Origin: a virus
Virus record (IMG/VR): IMGVR_UViG_3300020420_000008
Span: 64,001-128,000 of that record
Length of the DNA stretch: 64,000 nt
Direction: 5' to 3' (one strand)
Shown here: one piece after another, positions 30,471-40,602 of the stretch
Position numbering within the stretch: position 1 is the first letter of the stretch
Layout: every line of letters begins with the position of its first letter
The notes under the pieces: generated by a model
What the model was told of the DNA's origin: nothing
Database searches by the model: none
What the model saw: only the letters and a program-made list of their open reading frames with translations
Program-made: the position numbers and the translations under genes

Positions 30471-33400
30471 ATGGCATCTTCAAAAGAATTTGTAGTCAAA
30501 CATGGTTTGGCTATTGGAACACCAAGCAATATAGTTTTCAATTCAAGCGGAGTTTTACAAGCTTCAGCAACGGCAAACGCAACAATCAATATAACAGGTT
30601 TCGATATTGATGGTGCTACTGACATAGGAGCAGATTTAGTCGATGCTGATTTGCTCATTGTTGATGATGGTGCTGGAGGTACGAATAGAAAAACAGCACT
30701 ATCAAGAATCAAGAAATATGTTTACTCAGCCGTATCAGGTGACGCAACAGTAAGTGATACTGGTGCTTTAACAATCGCCGCCACATCAATTGAGAACTCT
30801 ATGTTAGCAGGTTCTATTGCTAACGATAAATTGTCAAATTCTACAGTAAGCTTTGGTGGAGTTTCATTGGCACTCGGTGCGTCAGACGCAACACCAGCTT
30901 TTGATTTGTCAGATGCTACAAATTATCCCACAAGTTCTCTATCTGGTACTATCACAAACACACAGTTAGCAGGTTCTATTGCTAACTCAAAACTAACTAA
31001 TTCAACTATTACAGTTACAGATGGCTCTAACTCTACTGCAACAGCGTTAGGTGGTACAATAACTTTTTCTGGTACTGCAAACGAAACTACAGTCTCAGAA
31101 AGTTCAGGTACAGTCACAGTAGGTTTACCAGATAATGTTACGTTAGCATCAAATCTAAACGTAGGAAAAAATGTAGTCATTAGTGGTAACTTAACAGTAT
31201 CAGGAACACAAACTGTAATAGACACTAATACTTTAAATGTTGGTGATAATATTATCACACTGAATAGTGATGAGACAGGTACACCATCACAAAATGCTGG
31301 TATCGAAGTCGAAAGAGGTACAGGTACAAACGTACAACTAAGATGGAATGAAACTTCAGATAAGTGGCAGTTTACAAATGATGGTTCTTCATATGAAGAT
31401 ATAGGTGCTGGTATCACAGTACAAGAAGAAGGTTCTGCATTATCAACGGCGGCTACTACATTAAACTTTGTAGGTTCGGCAGTTACAGCTACAGGTTCAG
31501 GTGCTACAAAAACAATTACAATAGCTGATAGTGATCTTGTTGCTGACACATCGCCTCAGTTAGGCGGCGACTTAGATTTAAATGGTAGTAGTATTATAGG
31601 TTCAGGACATATTGATATTGGTGATAACAACAGATTGAAATTAGGTGCATCAGATGATTTACAAATATATCATGATGGTTCTCATAGTTATATCAATGAA
31701 ACTGGTACTGGATATCTAATACTAAAGTCTAGTGAAATACAAATACAGTCTGATGGTGGTGAAGACATGGCTAAGTTTGAGCCAGATGGTTCAGTCAGAC
31801 TTTATCACAATAATGTAGAAAAAATTACAACAACTTCTGGTGGCGTCACAGTAGCTGGTAATATAGTTGTAACAGGAACAGTTGATGGTGTAGATGTGGC
31901 GGCTCTTAGCACATCAGTATCAGGTAAATTAACAGACGTAGTAGATGATACTTCACCTCAACTCGGTGGTAGCTTAGATGCACAAACAAATAATATAACA
32001 AATGTTGGTAAACTTGGTATTGGTACTACCAGTGTTGGTTCAGATTTTAGTTTACATGTTGAAAAATCTGGTGAAAATAATGTAATGATTACAGGTGATA
32101 CGAGTACATTAGGATCAAGATTAACACTAAAAAATACTAATACTGGTGCTAATGCCTTTAATCAGATTGAATTTGCAGATGCAGGTGGACAGTCTACAAG
32201 TGCTATCACAGGATATAATACGGATCAATCAAATAACTATGGAGATTTAGCATTCTCTACAAGAGATGCACAAGGTTCACCACCAGCCGAAAGAGTTCGT
32301 ATCAAAAGAGATGGTAAAGTTGGTATCGGAAAAACAAGTCCAAGTACAGCACTTGATGTAAATGGTACAGTTACAGCTACAGCTTTCGCCGGAGATGGTT
32401 CTGCATTAACAGGTGTACCAAATAGTGTATCAAATGGTAGTAACGATAGAATACTTACATCAACTGGTGGAAATGGAATAAATGCTGAATCAGACTTTCA
32501 GTTCGATGGTACCAACGTATTCATTCCAGCTGAAATCAGACATATTGGAGATCCAGATACTAAACTAGGATTTACTACTGATACAATTACATTGACTGCT
32601 GGTGGAGTTGCCATACAAACGATGACATCTTCTCAGATAAAAATTATTGATAGTAAAGAATTGGCGTTTGGTACTGCTGACGATATGACATTGATGCATG
32701 ATGGTACTAATTCTGAAATTAGAAACAGAACTGGTGAACTACAAGTCAGAGCAAACACCATAAAATTAAAAAATAATGATAATAACGAAACTTATCTCTC
32801 TGGTGTAAATGGTGGCGCTGTAGAACTTTATCATAATAACATTAAGAAATTAGAAACAACATCAACAGGTGCTACAGTAACAGGAGCAGTTGTAGCTACA
32901 ACTGCACAAATAGGTGGTACAGATGGTGTTGCTGTATCACAAGGTGCAATATCTATCAAGAATGGTGGCGCTCAATCATATATAGATTTCTACTGCGAAT
33001 CATCAAACGCACATTATGCTAGACTACTAGCTCCTGCACATGCTGACTTTTCTGGTAATATTTCTATTACTCTTCCTTCAGGAGATGATACACTTGTTGG
33101 TAGAGCAACGACAGATACATTAACAAATAAAACACTAACATCTCCTAATATAACTACGCCATCTATATCTGATCCTACTGTTACAGGTAAAGCAGATATG
33201 GCTACTGTTCAATTAGATACTATAGCAGTAGAAAATCCAGCATCACATCACACATATACAACAACAGTTGCAAGTAAAACTTCAGCACACCCGTATACAG
33301 GACAAGGTTCTTCAAGTGCATATTTCTTAGATGGTAAAGAATCACCATCTATAGTTCTAGCACCAAATATGACATATAGATTCGATCAAGCTGATAATAC

Positions 33401-35663
33401 AAACAATGGACACCCTTTACGATTTTATCTAGATGCCGCCAAGACTACAGCTTATACAACTGGTGTTACAAATAATGGAACTCCAGGAAGTTCAGGTGCG
33501 TATACACAGATTGTTGTGACAGATGCAACTCCACCAGTTCTTTACTACCAATGTTCAGCACATGGCTACATGGGTTCTGTTGCTTCATCTCTTACAGAGG
33601 GTACAACAGATCATCTAACAGAAGGCTCAACAAATCTATACTACACAGATGCTAGAGTTAATACACATTTAAATACAGGTTCTGCATCTTCAGGACAAAT
33701 TCTTGGTTGGAATGGAAGCGACTTTGCTTGGCAAGCCGATGGTGGTGGTAGTGCTATCACAATTCAAGATGAAGGTTCTTCATTATCAACAGCCGCCTCA
33801 ACAATTAACTTTGTAGGTGCTGGAGTTACTGCATCAGGTACAGGTGCAACAAAGACTATCACAATTTCAGGTGGTGGTGGAGGTAGTTCGCTTTCCGTTA
33901 AAGATGAGGGTTCTGCGTTATCAACAGCCGCCACAACACTAAACTTTGTAGGTGCTGGAGTTGTTGCTTCTGGTACAGGTGCTGAGAAAACAATTACTAT
34001 AGCTGGCGGTGGTAGTGGCATTACAGTACAAGACGAAGGCTCAGCACTATCTACATCTGGAACGACATTAAATTTTGTCGGCTCAGGTGTTACAGCATCA
34101 GGTACAGGTGCAACTAAAACAATAACAATCTCTGGTGGTGGTGGAGGTTCAGGTGGTTCTACAGGCATTGGAGGACAATTTACTACTGGAACTGGTAATG
34201 GTTCAACAACAGCATTTACATCACCTGTTAATACAAACTTAGCGAATAATCTTATTGTGTCTGTAGATGGAATAATGCAACGTCCGACAACAGACTACAC
34301 AGTATCAGGTACAACAGTCACTTTTGGCACTGCACCACCTACGGGAACAGCAGTTATGGTTCGTTCTTTCCAAGGTGCGATGAGTTCAAAAGCAGACTTT
34401 ACTATACAAAACTTTACAGCTAATGGTTCTAATACTGTTTATAAACTAGCAGAGTCAGTAACAAGTGGAGATCACGTATTAGTATCTATTAATGGTATCA
34501 TTCAAAGAAATGCAACTGATTATACTTATAGTACAGCCACTGGAAATATTACTTTCGATGCCGCCCCAACATCAGGCGACATAATTAGTTTTAGAACTTT
34601 TGACTTACAACAAAGCACTTCTGCTACTGTAAGTGATACTGCACCAACTAATCCTAGAAATGGTGATTTTTGGTTTGACTCATCGTCAGCTAAATTGTAT
34701 ATGCGATATGAAGATGGCAGTTCTAATCAGTGGGTATCATTGAGTGTTTCAGGTACAGATGGTTCAGATGGTTCAGGAGCTGTTACATCTTATACTAACT
34801 TAGCTGGATTTCCTAGTTCTGGTAACAGTGTAGGAGATTTTGCTTTTGCACAAGATACAAAAGCAATATATCATTGGGACGGCACTGAATGGGATAGAAT
34901 CAACGCAGGTGGTGATGAGAATCCTAGATTAACAACAACACCAGCAACAACGCTTTCACTAGATGGTTCAACTGGAGCTAATGGAACATTAGTAATTGCC
35001 GCCTCAGATCCAGAGGGTTTTCCAATCACGTATTCACATGACACGAATCCAGCAAGTCCCAATCAAGTAACAAGTATTACAAACTCTGGCGGTACATTTA
35101 CAGTAGTACCATCGACAAACTCAGCACATGCTGGTACTTTTACACTAAGATTGAAAGCAAGTGATGGTGTACACATTACATCTCACGCAGTAGCTGTCAC
35201 TCTAGCATTCATTAAGTCATATAGGTATATTAAAGTAGTAATAAATTCTGTACAAGGCGGAGGAACCCAAGCCCAAGTTACAGAATTGTCAATTGCTGAT
35301 AATTCACAGACAACTTCTCAAGTTACGGCGGCTAGTTTTACATCTTATGGAACATCGGCTCCAGATCCAAACACTCATTTAAATACTAACTCTACTGGAA
35401 CAAGTAGTTCTCACACTAACTTAAATTTTACTGGTGGAACTTGGACGGCAGAAATTGACTTAGGAAATACATATGATGTAGGAACAGGAATTAAATACCT
35501 ACAAGTAGGTACATCAGATGATGCTAATCGTTTTCCTAATAGTGTTACTGTATATGGTGCAAATCAATCAAATTATTCTGATCAAGAAGCAATAGTAACA
35601 AATGCTAGTGTTCCAGCATATAATGGTGTCCGTCAAATGAGACTTGTAGATTTGGATTCATAG
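30471..35663 (+). CDS. Mosaic long tail fibre, 1730 aa (QDEG repeats, cupredoxin-like domain, Ig-like adapter, variable C-terminal tip)
   Basis: DTSPQLGG motifs, GIGTTS/GIGKTSP fibre motifs, GHPLRF..YYQCSAHGYMG, adapter shared with the two downstream genes. Confidence 0.85.
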   Translation: MASSKEFVVKHGLAIGTPSNIVFNSSGVLQASATANATINITGFDIDGATDIGADLVDADLLIVDDGAGGTNRKTALSRIKKYVYSAVSGDATVSDTGALTIAATSIENSMLAGSIANDKLSNSTVSFGGVSLALGASDATPAFDLSDATNYPTSSLSGTITNTQLAGSIANSKLTNSTITVTDGSNSTATALGGTITFSGTANETTVSESSGTVTVGLPDNVTLASNLNVGKNVVISGNLTVSGTQTVIDTNTLNVGDNIITLNSDETGTPSQNAGIEVERGTGTNVQLRWNETSDKWQFTNDGSSYEDIGAGITVQEEGSALSTAATTLNFVGSAVTATGSGATKTITIADSDLVADTSPQLGGDLDLNGSSIIGSGHIDIGDNNRLKLGASDDLQIYHDGSHSYINETGTGYLILKSSEIQIQSDGGEDMAKFEPDGSVRLYHNNVEKITTTSGGVTVAGNIVVTGTVDGVDVAALSTSVSGKLTDVVDDTSPQLGGSLDAQTNNITNVGKLGIGTTSVGSDFSLHVEKSGENNVMITGDTSTLGSRLTLKNTNTGANAFNQIEFADAGGQSTSAITGYNTDQSNNYGDLAFSTRDAQGSPPAERVRIKRDGKVGIGKTSPSTALDVNGTVTATAFAGDGSALTGVPNSVSNGSNDRILTSTGGNGINAESDFQFDGTNVFIPAEIRHIGDPDTKLGFTTDTITLTAGGVAIQTMTSSQIKIIDSKELAFGTADDMTLMHDGTNSEIRNRTGELQVRANTIKLKNNDNNETYLSGVNGGAVELYHNNIKKLETTSTGATVTGAVVATTAQIGGTDGVAVSQGAISIKNGGAQSYIDFYCESSNAHYARLLAPAHADFSGNISITLPSGDDTLVGRATTDTLTNKTLTSPNITTPSISDPTVTGKADMATVQLDTIAVENPASHHTYTTTVASKTSAHPYTGQGSSSAYFLDGKESPSIVLAPNMTYRFDQADNTNNGHPLRFYLDAAKTTAYTTGVTNNGTPGSSGAYTQIVVTDATPPVLYYQCSAHGYMGSVASSLTEGTTDHLTEGSTNLYYTDARVNTHLNTGSASSGQILGWNGSDFAWQADGGGSAITIQDEGSSLSTAASTINFVGAGVTASGTGATKTITISGGGGGSSLSVKDEGSALSTAATTLNFVGAGVVASGTGAEKTITIAGGGSGITVQDEGSALSTSGTTLNFVGSGVTASGTGATKTITISGGGGGSGGSTGIGGQFTTGTGNGSTTAFTSPVNTNLANNLIVSVDGIMQRPTTDYTVSGTTVTFGTAPPTGTAVMVRSFQGAMSSKADFTIQNFTANGSNTVYKLAESVTSGDHVLVSINGIIQRNATDYTYSTATGNITFDAAPTSGDIISFRTFDLQQSTSATVSDTAPTNPRNGDFWFDSSSAKLYMRYEDGSSNQWVSLSVSGTDGSDGSGAVTSYTNLAGFPSSGNSVGDFAFAQDTKAIYHWDGTEWDRINAGGDENPRLTTTPATTLSLDGSTGANGTLVIAASDPEGFPITYSHDTNPASPNQVTSITNSGGTFTVVPSTNSAHAGTFTLRLKASDGVHITSHAVAVTLAFIKSYRYIKVVINSVQGGGTQAQVTELSIADNSQTTSQVTAASFTSYGTSAPDPNTHLNTNSTGTSSSHTNLNFTGGTWTAEIDLGNTYDVGTGIKYLQVGTSDDANRFPNSVTVYGANQSNYSDQEAIVTNASVPAYNGVRQMRLVDLDS
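33756..34130 (+). repeat. Three tandem ~37-aa (Q/K)DEGS.LST...NFVG.GV.ASGTGA.KTITI repeats; a fourth copy at ~31413-31523
   Basis: Visible in protein and DNA; copies separated by glycine linkers. Confidence 0.9.
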
Positions 35664-37487
35664 TAAGAAGATAGGAGAATAGAAAATGGCATTAAACTTT
35701 CCAGATAGTCCAAGCAACGGAGATGTTGCACATGGATTCACTTATAATTCAACTAAAGGTGTTTGGGAAGCGAATAGAGATGCGGTTGTAAGTGATACTG
35801 CACCAAGTAATCCTAGAAATGGTGAGTTCTGGTTTGACTCAACAACAGCTAAACTATATGTTCGTTATGAAGATGGTGATTCTAATCAATGGGTAACTGT
35901 AAACGGAGCAGACGGAGCCGCCGGTGCCTCTGCAACACCAACTGTATATGCAAATACTTCTGTGTTACCATCTTCTGGTAACTCAACAGGAGATTTAGCT
36001 TTCGCAACACTTACAAAATCTCTACATGTTTGGGACGGTTCTGAGTGGGATAGAATTAGTTCAGGTGGTGATGAGATTCCTACATTGACAACAACACCAG
36101 CATCAACTCATAGTTTAAATAGTGATGGAACAAATACGGCAATAACAATTGCCGCCTCAGATCCAGATGGTTTTCCAATTACATACTCACATGACACGAA
36201 TCCAGCAAGTCCTAATCAGGTAACTAATATCGTAAATAATAATGGAGTGTTCACATTAGTACCTTCAACTAACAATGCACATGCTGGTAACTTTACACTA
36301 AGATTAAAAGCAAGTGATGGTGTTAGTATTAAATCTCATTCAATAAACGTGGGATTATCTTTCAATACTACATTTACTTTTGATACTTCTGAGTCTACTA
36401 TTAATACTAATTATACTGGTGATAATAAAGTAGAAGTGGTAGTGTCGGCAGGTAGTGCATCGGCAACAGCACAACAGTCTGGTAAACTCGGTAAAGGTTA
36501 TATTGAATTTAAAATGATTAGCATATTTAGTACACTCATGGTAGGTGTACAAGTTGGAACAAATACAGGTGGTTACAATGCTTCAACTGGACACTACACT
36601 TATGCTTCCAATGGTGGTGGATATCCAGGAGGTTATGGTGCAACGCCAGGAGGTAGTGGAGGATTTACTAATAATGATATAATAATGTTAGCTTATGATA
36701 CAGAAGCCGGTTCAAATGGACAAGTTTGGTGGGGTAAAAATGGAACTTGGAGATCCGGTGTAGTGCCAGGAACTAATGCAGGAAACGATTTAGGCACAGA
36801 TTCAAGTTCGGTTGGACTTCAGCCTGCTTTTCATAATGGTTCTAGTAGTTCTGGTACTGCTCAAGTAGAACTCATAAGTCATACACAAGGCGCACAATAT
36901 ACAATACCAACTGGTTGGAGTTTAGCGTAATTAATAGGGTAGGAGAATAATAAATGGCATTAAACTTTCCAAATAGTCCAAGCAACGGAGCTACAGCACA
37001 TGGATTCACTTATAATTCTAGTAAAGGCGTTTGGAACTCAGGAGGAGTTGCTGATACTGCGGTAACAGTATACGCAAACTTGGCGGCATTTCCTAGTTCA
37101 GGTAATACTGTTGGAGATTATGCTTTTGCTACAAATACGAAAGCATTATATGTCTGGGACGGAGCAGAATGGGATAGAATAAGCACTGGTAATAACGAAA
37201 CACCAAGACTGACTACAACACCAGCATCAACACATGATTTAAGTGGTAGTGGATCGAATACACAAATAACAATTGCCGCCTCAGATCCTGAAGGATTTCC
37301 TGTTACCTATTCATATGATACAAATCCAGCAAATCCAAATCAGATAACCAATGTTGTTGAGAATAATGGTGTATTTACATTAGTACCTTCAACTAATAAT
37401 GCACATGCTGGTAGCTTCACATTGAGACTCAAGGCAAATGATGGTGTTTCAACTATTTCTCACCCTATAACTGTGTCGTTAGCTTTC
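34791..37487 (+). repeat. Three dispersed copies of a ~140-aa adapter module (34791-35210, 35947-36363, 37071-37487)
   Basis: Y.N...PSSGN..GD.AFA..K....WDG.EWDRI..LTTTPA..IAASDP.GFP.TYS.DTNPA.PNQ..VPSTN.AHAG.FTLRLKA.DGV in three adjacent genes. Confidence 0.92.
35686..36930 (+). CDS. Short fibre/adhesin: MALNFP head, shared adapter, SPRY-like C-terminal domain (paralog A)
   Basis: GKGYIEFKM..LMVGV..DIIMLAYD..GQVWWGKNGTW..QYTIPTGW; AGGAG RBS. Confidence 0.8.
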   Translation: MALNFPDSPSNGDVAHGFTYNSTKGVWEANRDAVVSDTAPSNPRNGEFWFDSTTAKLYVRYEDGDSNQWVTVNGADGAAGASATPTVYANTSVLPSSGNSTGDLAFATLTKSLHVWDGSEWDRISSGGDEIPTLTTTPASTHSLNSDGTNTAITIAASDPDGFPITYSHDTNPASPNQVTNIVNNNGVFTLVPSTNNAHAGNFTLRLKASDGVSIKSHSINVGLSFNTTFTFDTSESTINTNYTGDNKVEVVVSAGSASATAQQSGKLGKGYIEFKMISIFSTLMVGVQVGTNTGGYNASTGHYTYASNGGGYPGGYGATPGGSGGFTNNDIIMLAYDTEAGSNGQVWWGKNGTWRSGVVPGTNAGNDLGTDSSSVGLQPAFHNGSSSSGTAQVELISHTQGAQYTIPTGWSLA

Positions 37488-38060
37488 AATACCACATTTA
37501 CATTTAATACATCTAGTTCTGTTATCAATAGTAATTATACTGCTAATAATAAACTTGAAGCTTATGTGCAGAACTCTGATGCACCTGCGGTATCATCACA
37601 ATCTGGTAAACTTGGTAAAGGCTACCTCGAAATCAAATTTATTAGTACTACTAATTCCGCAGATCCAATGTTAGGTTTACAAGTCGGAACAAGTACAGGT
37701 AAATATCATCAGGGTGGTGCATGGATTCACGTTGTCAATGGTAAAGGTTGGCCCAGTAACGATTACGCATATGGACTTGGTGGATCCGGATCTAACTCTA
37801 TTGGCGTTAATGATATATTAATGATAGCTTATGATACAGCCGCCGGTTCGAACGGACAAGTTTGGTTTGGTAAAAATGGAACTTGGGGTAGGAATCCAGC
37901 ATCTACTACAGGATATGGTGTTAATGCCGATTCAAGTTCGGCTGGATTTCGTGTTGCGGTTGATGGGACAAATGCTTCAAAACAAACGCATCAAATAGAA
38001 ATCATAAGTCACACTCAAGGCGCTCAATATACAATACCAACTGGTTGGGCTCTAGCATAA
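36954..38060 (+). CDS. Short fibre/adhesin: MALNFP head, shared adapter, SPRY-like C-terminal domain (paralog B)
   Basis: Colinear paralog of 35686..36930 with a similar RBS/start and the same ISHTQGAQYTIPTGW.LA end. Confidence 0.8.
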   Translation: MALNFPNSPSNGATAHGFTYNSSKGVWNSGGVADTAVTVYANLAAFPSSGNTVGDYAFATNTKALYVWDGAEWDRISTGNNETPRLTTTPASTHDLSGSGSNTQITIAASDPEGFPVTYSYDTNPANPNQITNVVENNGVFTLVPSTNNAHAGSFTLRLKANDGVSTISHPITVSLAFNTTFTFNTSSSVINSNYTANNKLEAYVQNSDAPAVSSQSGKLGKGYLEIKFISTTNSADPMLGLQVGTSTGKYHQGGAWIHVVNGKGWPSNDYAYGLGGSGSNSIGVNDILMIAYDTAAGSNGQVWFGKNGTWGRNPASTTGYGVNADSSSAGFRVAVDGTNASKQTHQIEIISHTQGAQYTIPTGWALA

Positions 38061-38070
38061 CGTATGCTAT

Positions 38071-38078
38071 TATAAATA
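38071..38078 (+). promoter_or_regulatory. T4-type late promoter TATAAATA
   Basis: Exact consensus upstream of 38099. Confidence 0.85.
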
Positions 38079-38098
38079 GAGAAAAAGGAATATAAAGC

Positions 38099-38887
38099 AT
38101 GGTACAGAAAGTTCCATTTACATCGATAAAAGCTAGTGGTAAAATTGCAAGTACGGGCAATGCTAATATTGACATTGAGCCACATGGAACGGGTGATGTT
38201 CTAATAGGTAATTTTCACTTTGATGCAGATCAATCTATAACTAATTCAAATGACAATCATGTGTTAACATATGATCACAGTGGAGGAAAAATAAGTTTAG
38301 AAGCTTCTTTATCTGATGTTGTTTCTGATACGAGTCCACAATTAGGCGGTAGTTTAGATGTAAATGGAAATAAAATTGTTTCAACAAGCGGTGCTGATAT
38401 TGATATTGAACCTAATGGTACAGGTGATGTTTTACTAGGTAATTTTAAATTTGATGCTGATCAATCTATAACTAATTCTAATGACAATCACGTACTGACA
38501 TACGATCATAGTGCAGGTAAAATAAGTTTAGAAGCTGTCTCAGGTGGAGGTGGAGGAGAAGGCGCCAACATAGTTACGCTAAATCAGAATGGTAATGTTA
38601 CTATACATACAGGCACTGCTAGATGGTATGCGCCTTACAATTTAACTATAAGCAAAATAGATGCAAGAGTAGATACGGCACCTACTGGAGCAAGTATCAA
38701 TATCACAATAAAGAAAAACGGTTCATCGGCGGCAACTATGTCTATCGCCGCCAGTGCAGTAAAAGCAGAAAACACTACAGGCTTTTCTATGAGTGAAGAT
38801 GATTATTTAACAGTAGATACTACTCAAATAGGTTCAACTGATCCAGGTACAAATTTGAAAATTATCTTTCACTATGCTCAAGCATAG
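38099..38887 (+). CDS. Fibre-like protein with an internal 55-aa duplication
   Basis: Two copies of KI.ST..A.IDIEP.GTGDVL.GNF.FDADQSITNSNDNHVLTYDHS.GKISLEA; DTSPQLGG motif between them. Confidence 0.8.
   Translation: MVQKVPFTSIKASGKIASTGNANIDIEPHGTGDVLIGNFHFDADQSITNSNDNHVLTYDHSGGKISLEASLSDVVSDTSPQLGGSLDVNGNKIVSTSGADIDIEPNGTGDVLLGNFKFDADQSITNSNDNHVLTYDHSAGKISLEAVSGGGGGEGANIVTLNQNGNVTIHTGTARWYAPYNLTISKIDARVDTAPTGASINITIKKNGSSAATMSIAASAVKAENTTGFSMSEDDYLTVDTTQIGSTDPGTNLKIIFHYAQA
38141..38536 (+). repeat. Direct repeat of 165 nt (38141-38305 and 38372-38536)
   Basis: Near-identical peptide; offset 231 nt. Confidence 0.92.
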
Positions 38888-38893
38888 AATAAA

Positions 38894-38901
38894 TATAAAT
38901 A
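38894..38901 (+). promoter_or_regulatory. T4-type late promoter TATAAATA
   Basis: Exact consensus upstream of 38935. Confidence 0.85.
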
Positions 38902-38934
38902 GGGTATTAAATTTAAAAAAACGGAGATTAAAAA

Positions 38935-39234
38935 ATGGCATTGACTGATGCAGACGAAAAAGCTGAAGTGATAGCACTATACGGCATTCAATTATTTTCA
39001 GGTGAAGGTGAATTTCCAACTGCCGATACAGCCTTAACAGTTTATCGTGCTGATTTGGGTATAGATGAAAAATATCTAGCTAGTGATTATCATTCTCCTA
39101 TGCCAGAAAATGAGGCTGACTTAATAAACTGGTGGATGGGTGGTACAAGAGATGGTAAGCATGAAATTGTAATGATAGGAACACACACGTTAACTGATCC
39201 AGATAATGTCTGGACAGAATGGACAGGGAGTTAA
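38935..39234 (+). CDS. Hypothetical protein
   Basis: 99 aa; late promoter and GGAG RBS upstream. Confidence 0.7.
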   Translation: MALTDADEKAEVIALYGIQLFSGEGEFPTADTALTVYRADLGIDEKYLASDYHSPMPENEADLINWWMGGTRDGKHEIVMIGTHTLTDPDNVWTEWTGS

Positions 39235-39237
39235 GAT

Positions 39238-40341
39238 ATGTATATAAAATATGTTTCATCATTATCGAGTGACGAATATAGTAGAGCCACGTTTATGCTG
39301 GATGTTGCTGGTTTAGCAACTGGTACTAAAACTTCAACTGATGATTTAAATTCTTTGTCTTGCAACAAAGCCGCCAGTGTAATTTCAGGAACTAGCCCTA
39401 CGTCAGGCATATATACTCAATCAGCATCTTCTATATCTAATACTTCACAAGATGATTACTATCTTTGGATAAACAAATATCATTATGCTAAAGGTAATCC
39501 ATCTACTTTTCAAGCACAAAATAGAATACAAATGGGCTGGACTGATAGTTATTATTTTAGACTTAGACATCAAGACAAAGACGGCGGCAACGCAATGTAT
39601 ACTAATAGTGGCTTTTGGGGACAATATTCCTCAACATCTTACAACTATGGTAAATTGTTCTATGCAATGAGTTCGATTCAAGAAGCTCATATTGTTCTTA
39701 ATGATACAACTTTTTTTATAATGATAAAAAGTACCGGAACTGAAACAAGTATAGATCACGCTTACTGGAGCTTGAATGATATAGAATATGTTCAATCGAT
39801 TGATGATTATCAGTATCAAGCTAATAACAAATATAGTCCTTTCATGAGTTGGTGGGGCTTTAATCTGAATACCATGTATAATAATGGTACCTCTAATACA
39901 TCAACTAATAATCATAGAAATGGTATGTATAGATGTCAATATGTTGATAGACAAGGCACAATGAGAAATTGTACTCCTTATGATAGTTACAATTATGCTT
40001 TTGGACACGTAACAACAACAACTGGTAAGTATTGTAGTATGCACCCTAGAATGGGAGAAAGACAGTTTAAAGTTACAGGAACTGGGGCGGCAAATCATCA
40101 TATGTTAGTACCTTGCGTATATGACGGTACCATGAAAGATGAAACTTCTGATCCTAGAAAAGGTGCTATGCCGAATGTATTTCGTACTACAGACAACTAT
40201 TTTGATGATGGTGACGTATTATTAGATGGCTCAACTAGATACAGAGTTTTTAGAGTACATAAAACAGGACATGCAAACTTTACTTCAGCAACAGAAGAAG
40301 CTTTTTACGCATTTCCAGAAAATAATGTTCCTTACAGTTAA
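39238..40341 (+). CDS. Hypothetical protein, Tyr/Ser/Thr/Asn-rich, probably virion-associated
   Basis: 367-aa ORF in a late operon; beta-rich composition. Confidence 0.7.
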   Translation: MYIKYVSSLSSDEYSRATFMLDVAGLATGTKTSTDDLNSLSCNKAASVISGTSPTSGIYTQSASSISNTSQDDYYLWINKYHYAKGNPSTFQAQNRIQMGWTDSYYFRLRHQDKDGGNAMYTNSGFWGQYSSTSYNYGKLFYAMSSIQEAHIVLNDTTFFIMIKSTGTETSIDHAYWSLNDIEYVQSIDDYQYQANNKYSPFMSWWGFNLNTMYNNGTSNTSTNNHRNGMYRCQYVDRQGTMRNCTPYDSYNYAFGHVTTTTGKYCSMHPRMGERQFKVTGTGAANHHMLVPCVYDGTMKDETSDPRKGAMPNVFRTTDNYFDDGDVLLDGSTRYRVFRVHKTGHANFTSATEEAFYAFPENNVPYS

Positions 40342-40356
40342 TAGTTAGGATATATC

Positions 40357-40554
40357 ATGCCTTCAAACGAAAGTGCAAGTAAAACTACTGCTAACACAGC
40401 ACCTCCAGGAACTTCAGCAGGTTTAAGTAGAGAAAATAAAGGAACTGTTAGTGATGTTACTTTATATAAAATGAAAGGAGGTAGTCAGCAATTGATTGCC
40501 TCTCCTAATTTTATAATCAAGCAAACGGTTCCAGTGCAAAGTTGGAGCGACTAG
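40357..40554 (+). CDS. Small hypothetical protein
   Basis: 65 aa with AGGA RBS; fills the gap before gp13. Confidence 0.5.
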   Translation: MPSNESASKTTANTAPPGTSAGLSRENKGTVSDVTLYKMKGGSQQLIASPNFIIKQTVPVQSWSD

Positions 40555-40566
40555 TTAACTAGTTAT

Positions 40567-40574
40567 TATAAATA
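40567..40574 (+). promoter_or_regulatory. T4-type late promoter TATAAATA
   Basis: Exact consensus upstream of gp13. Confidence 0.85.
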
Positions 40575-40602
40575 GTGACATAATTAGCATAAGGAAGTAG
40601 TT

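Noticed and set aside
34617-38060. Possible diversity-generating retroelement acting on the paralogous adhesin tips
   Set aside because: No reverse transcriptase and no non-coding template repeat in the window. Differences between paralogs are not adenine-specific and include indels.
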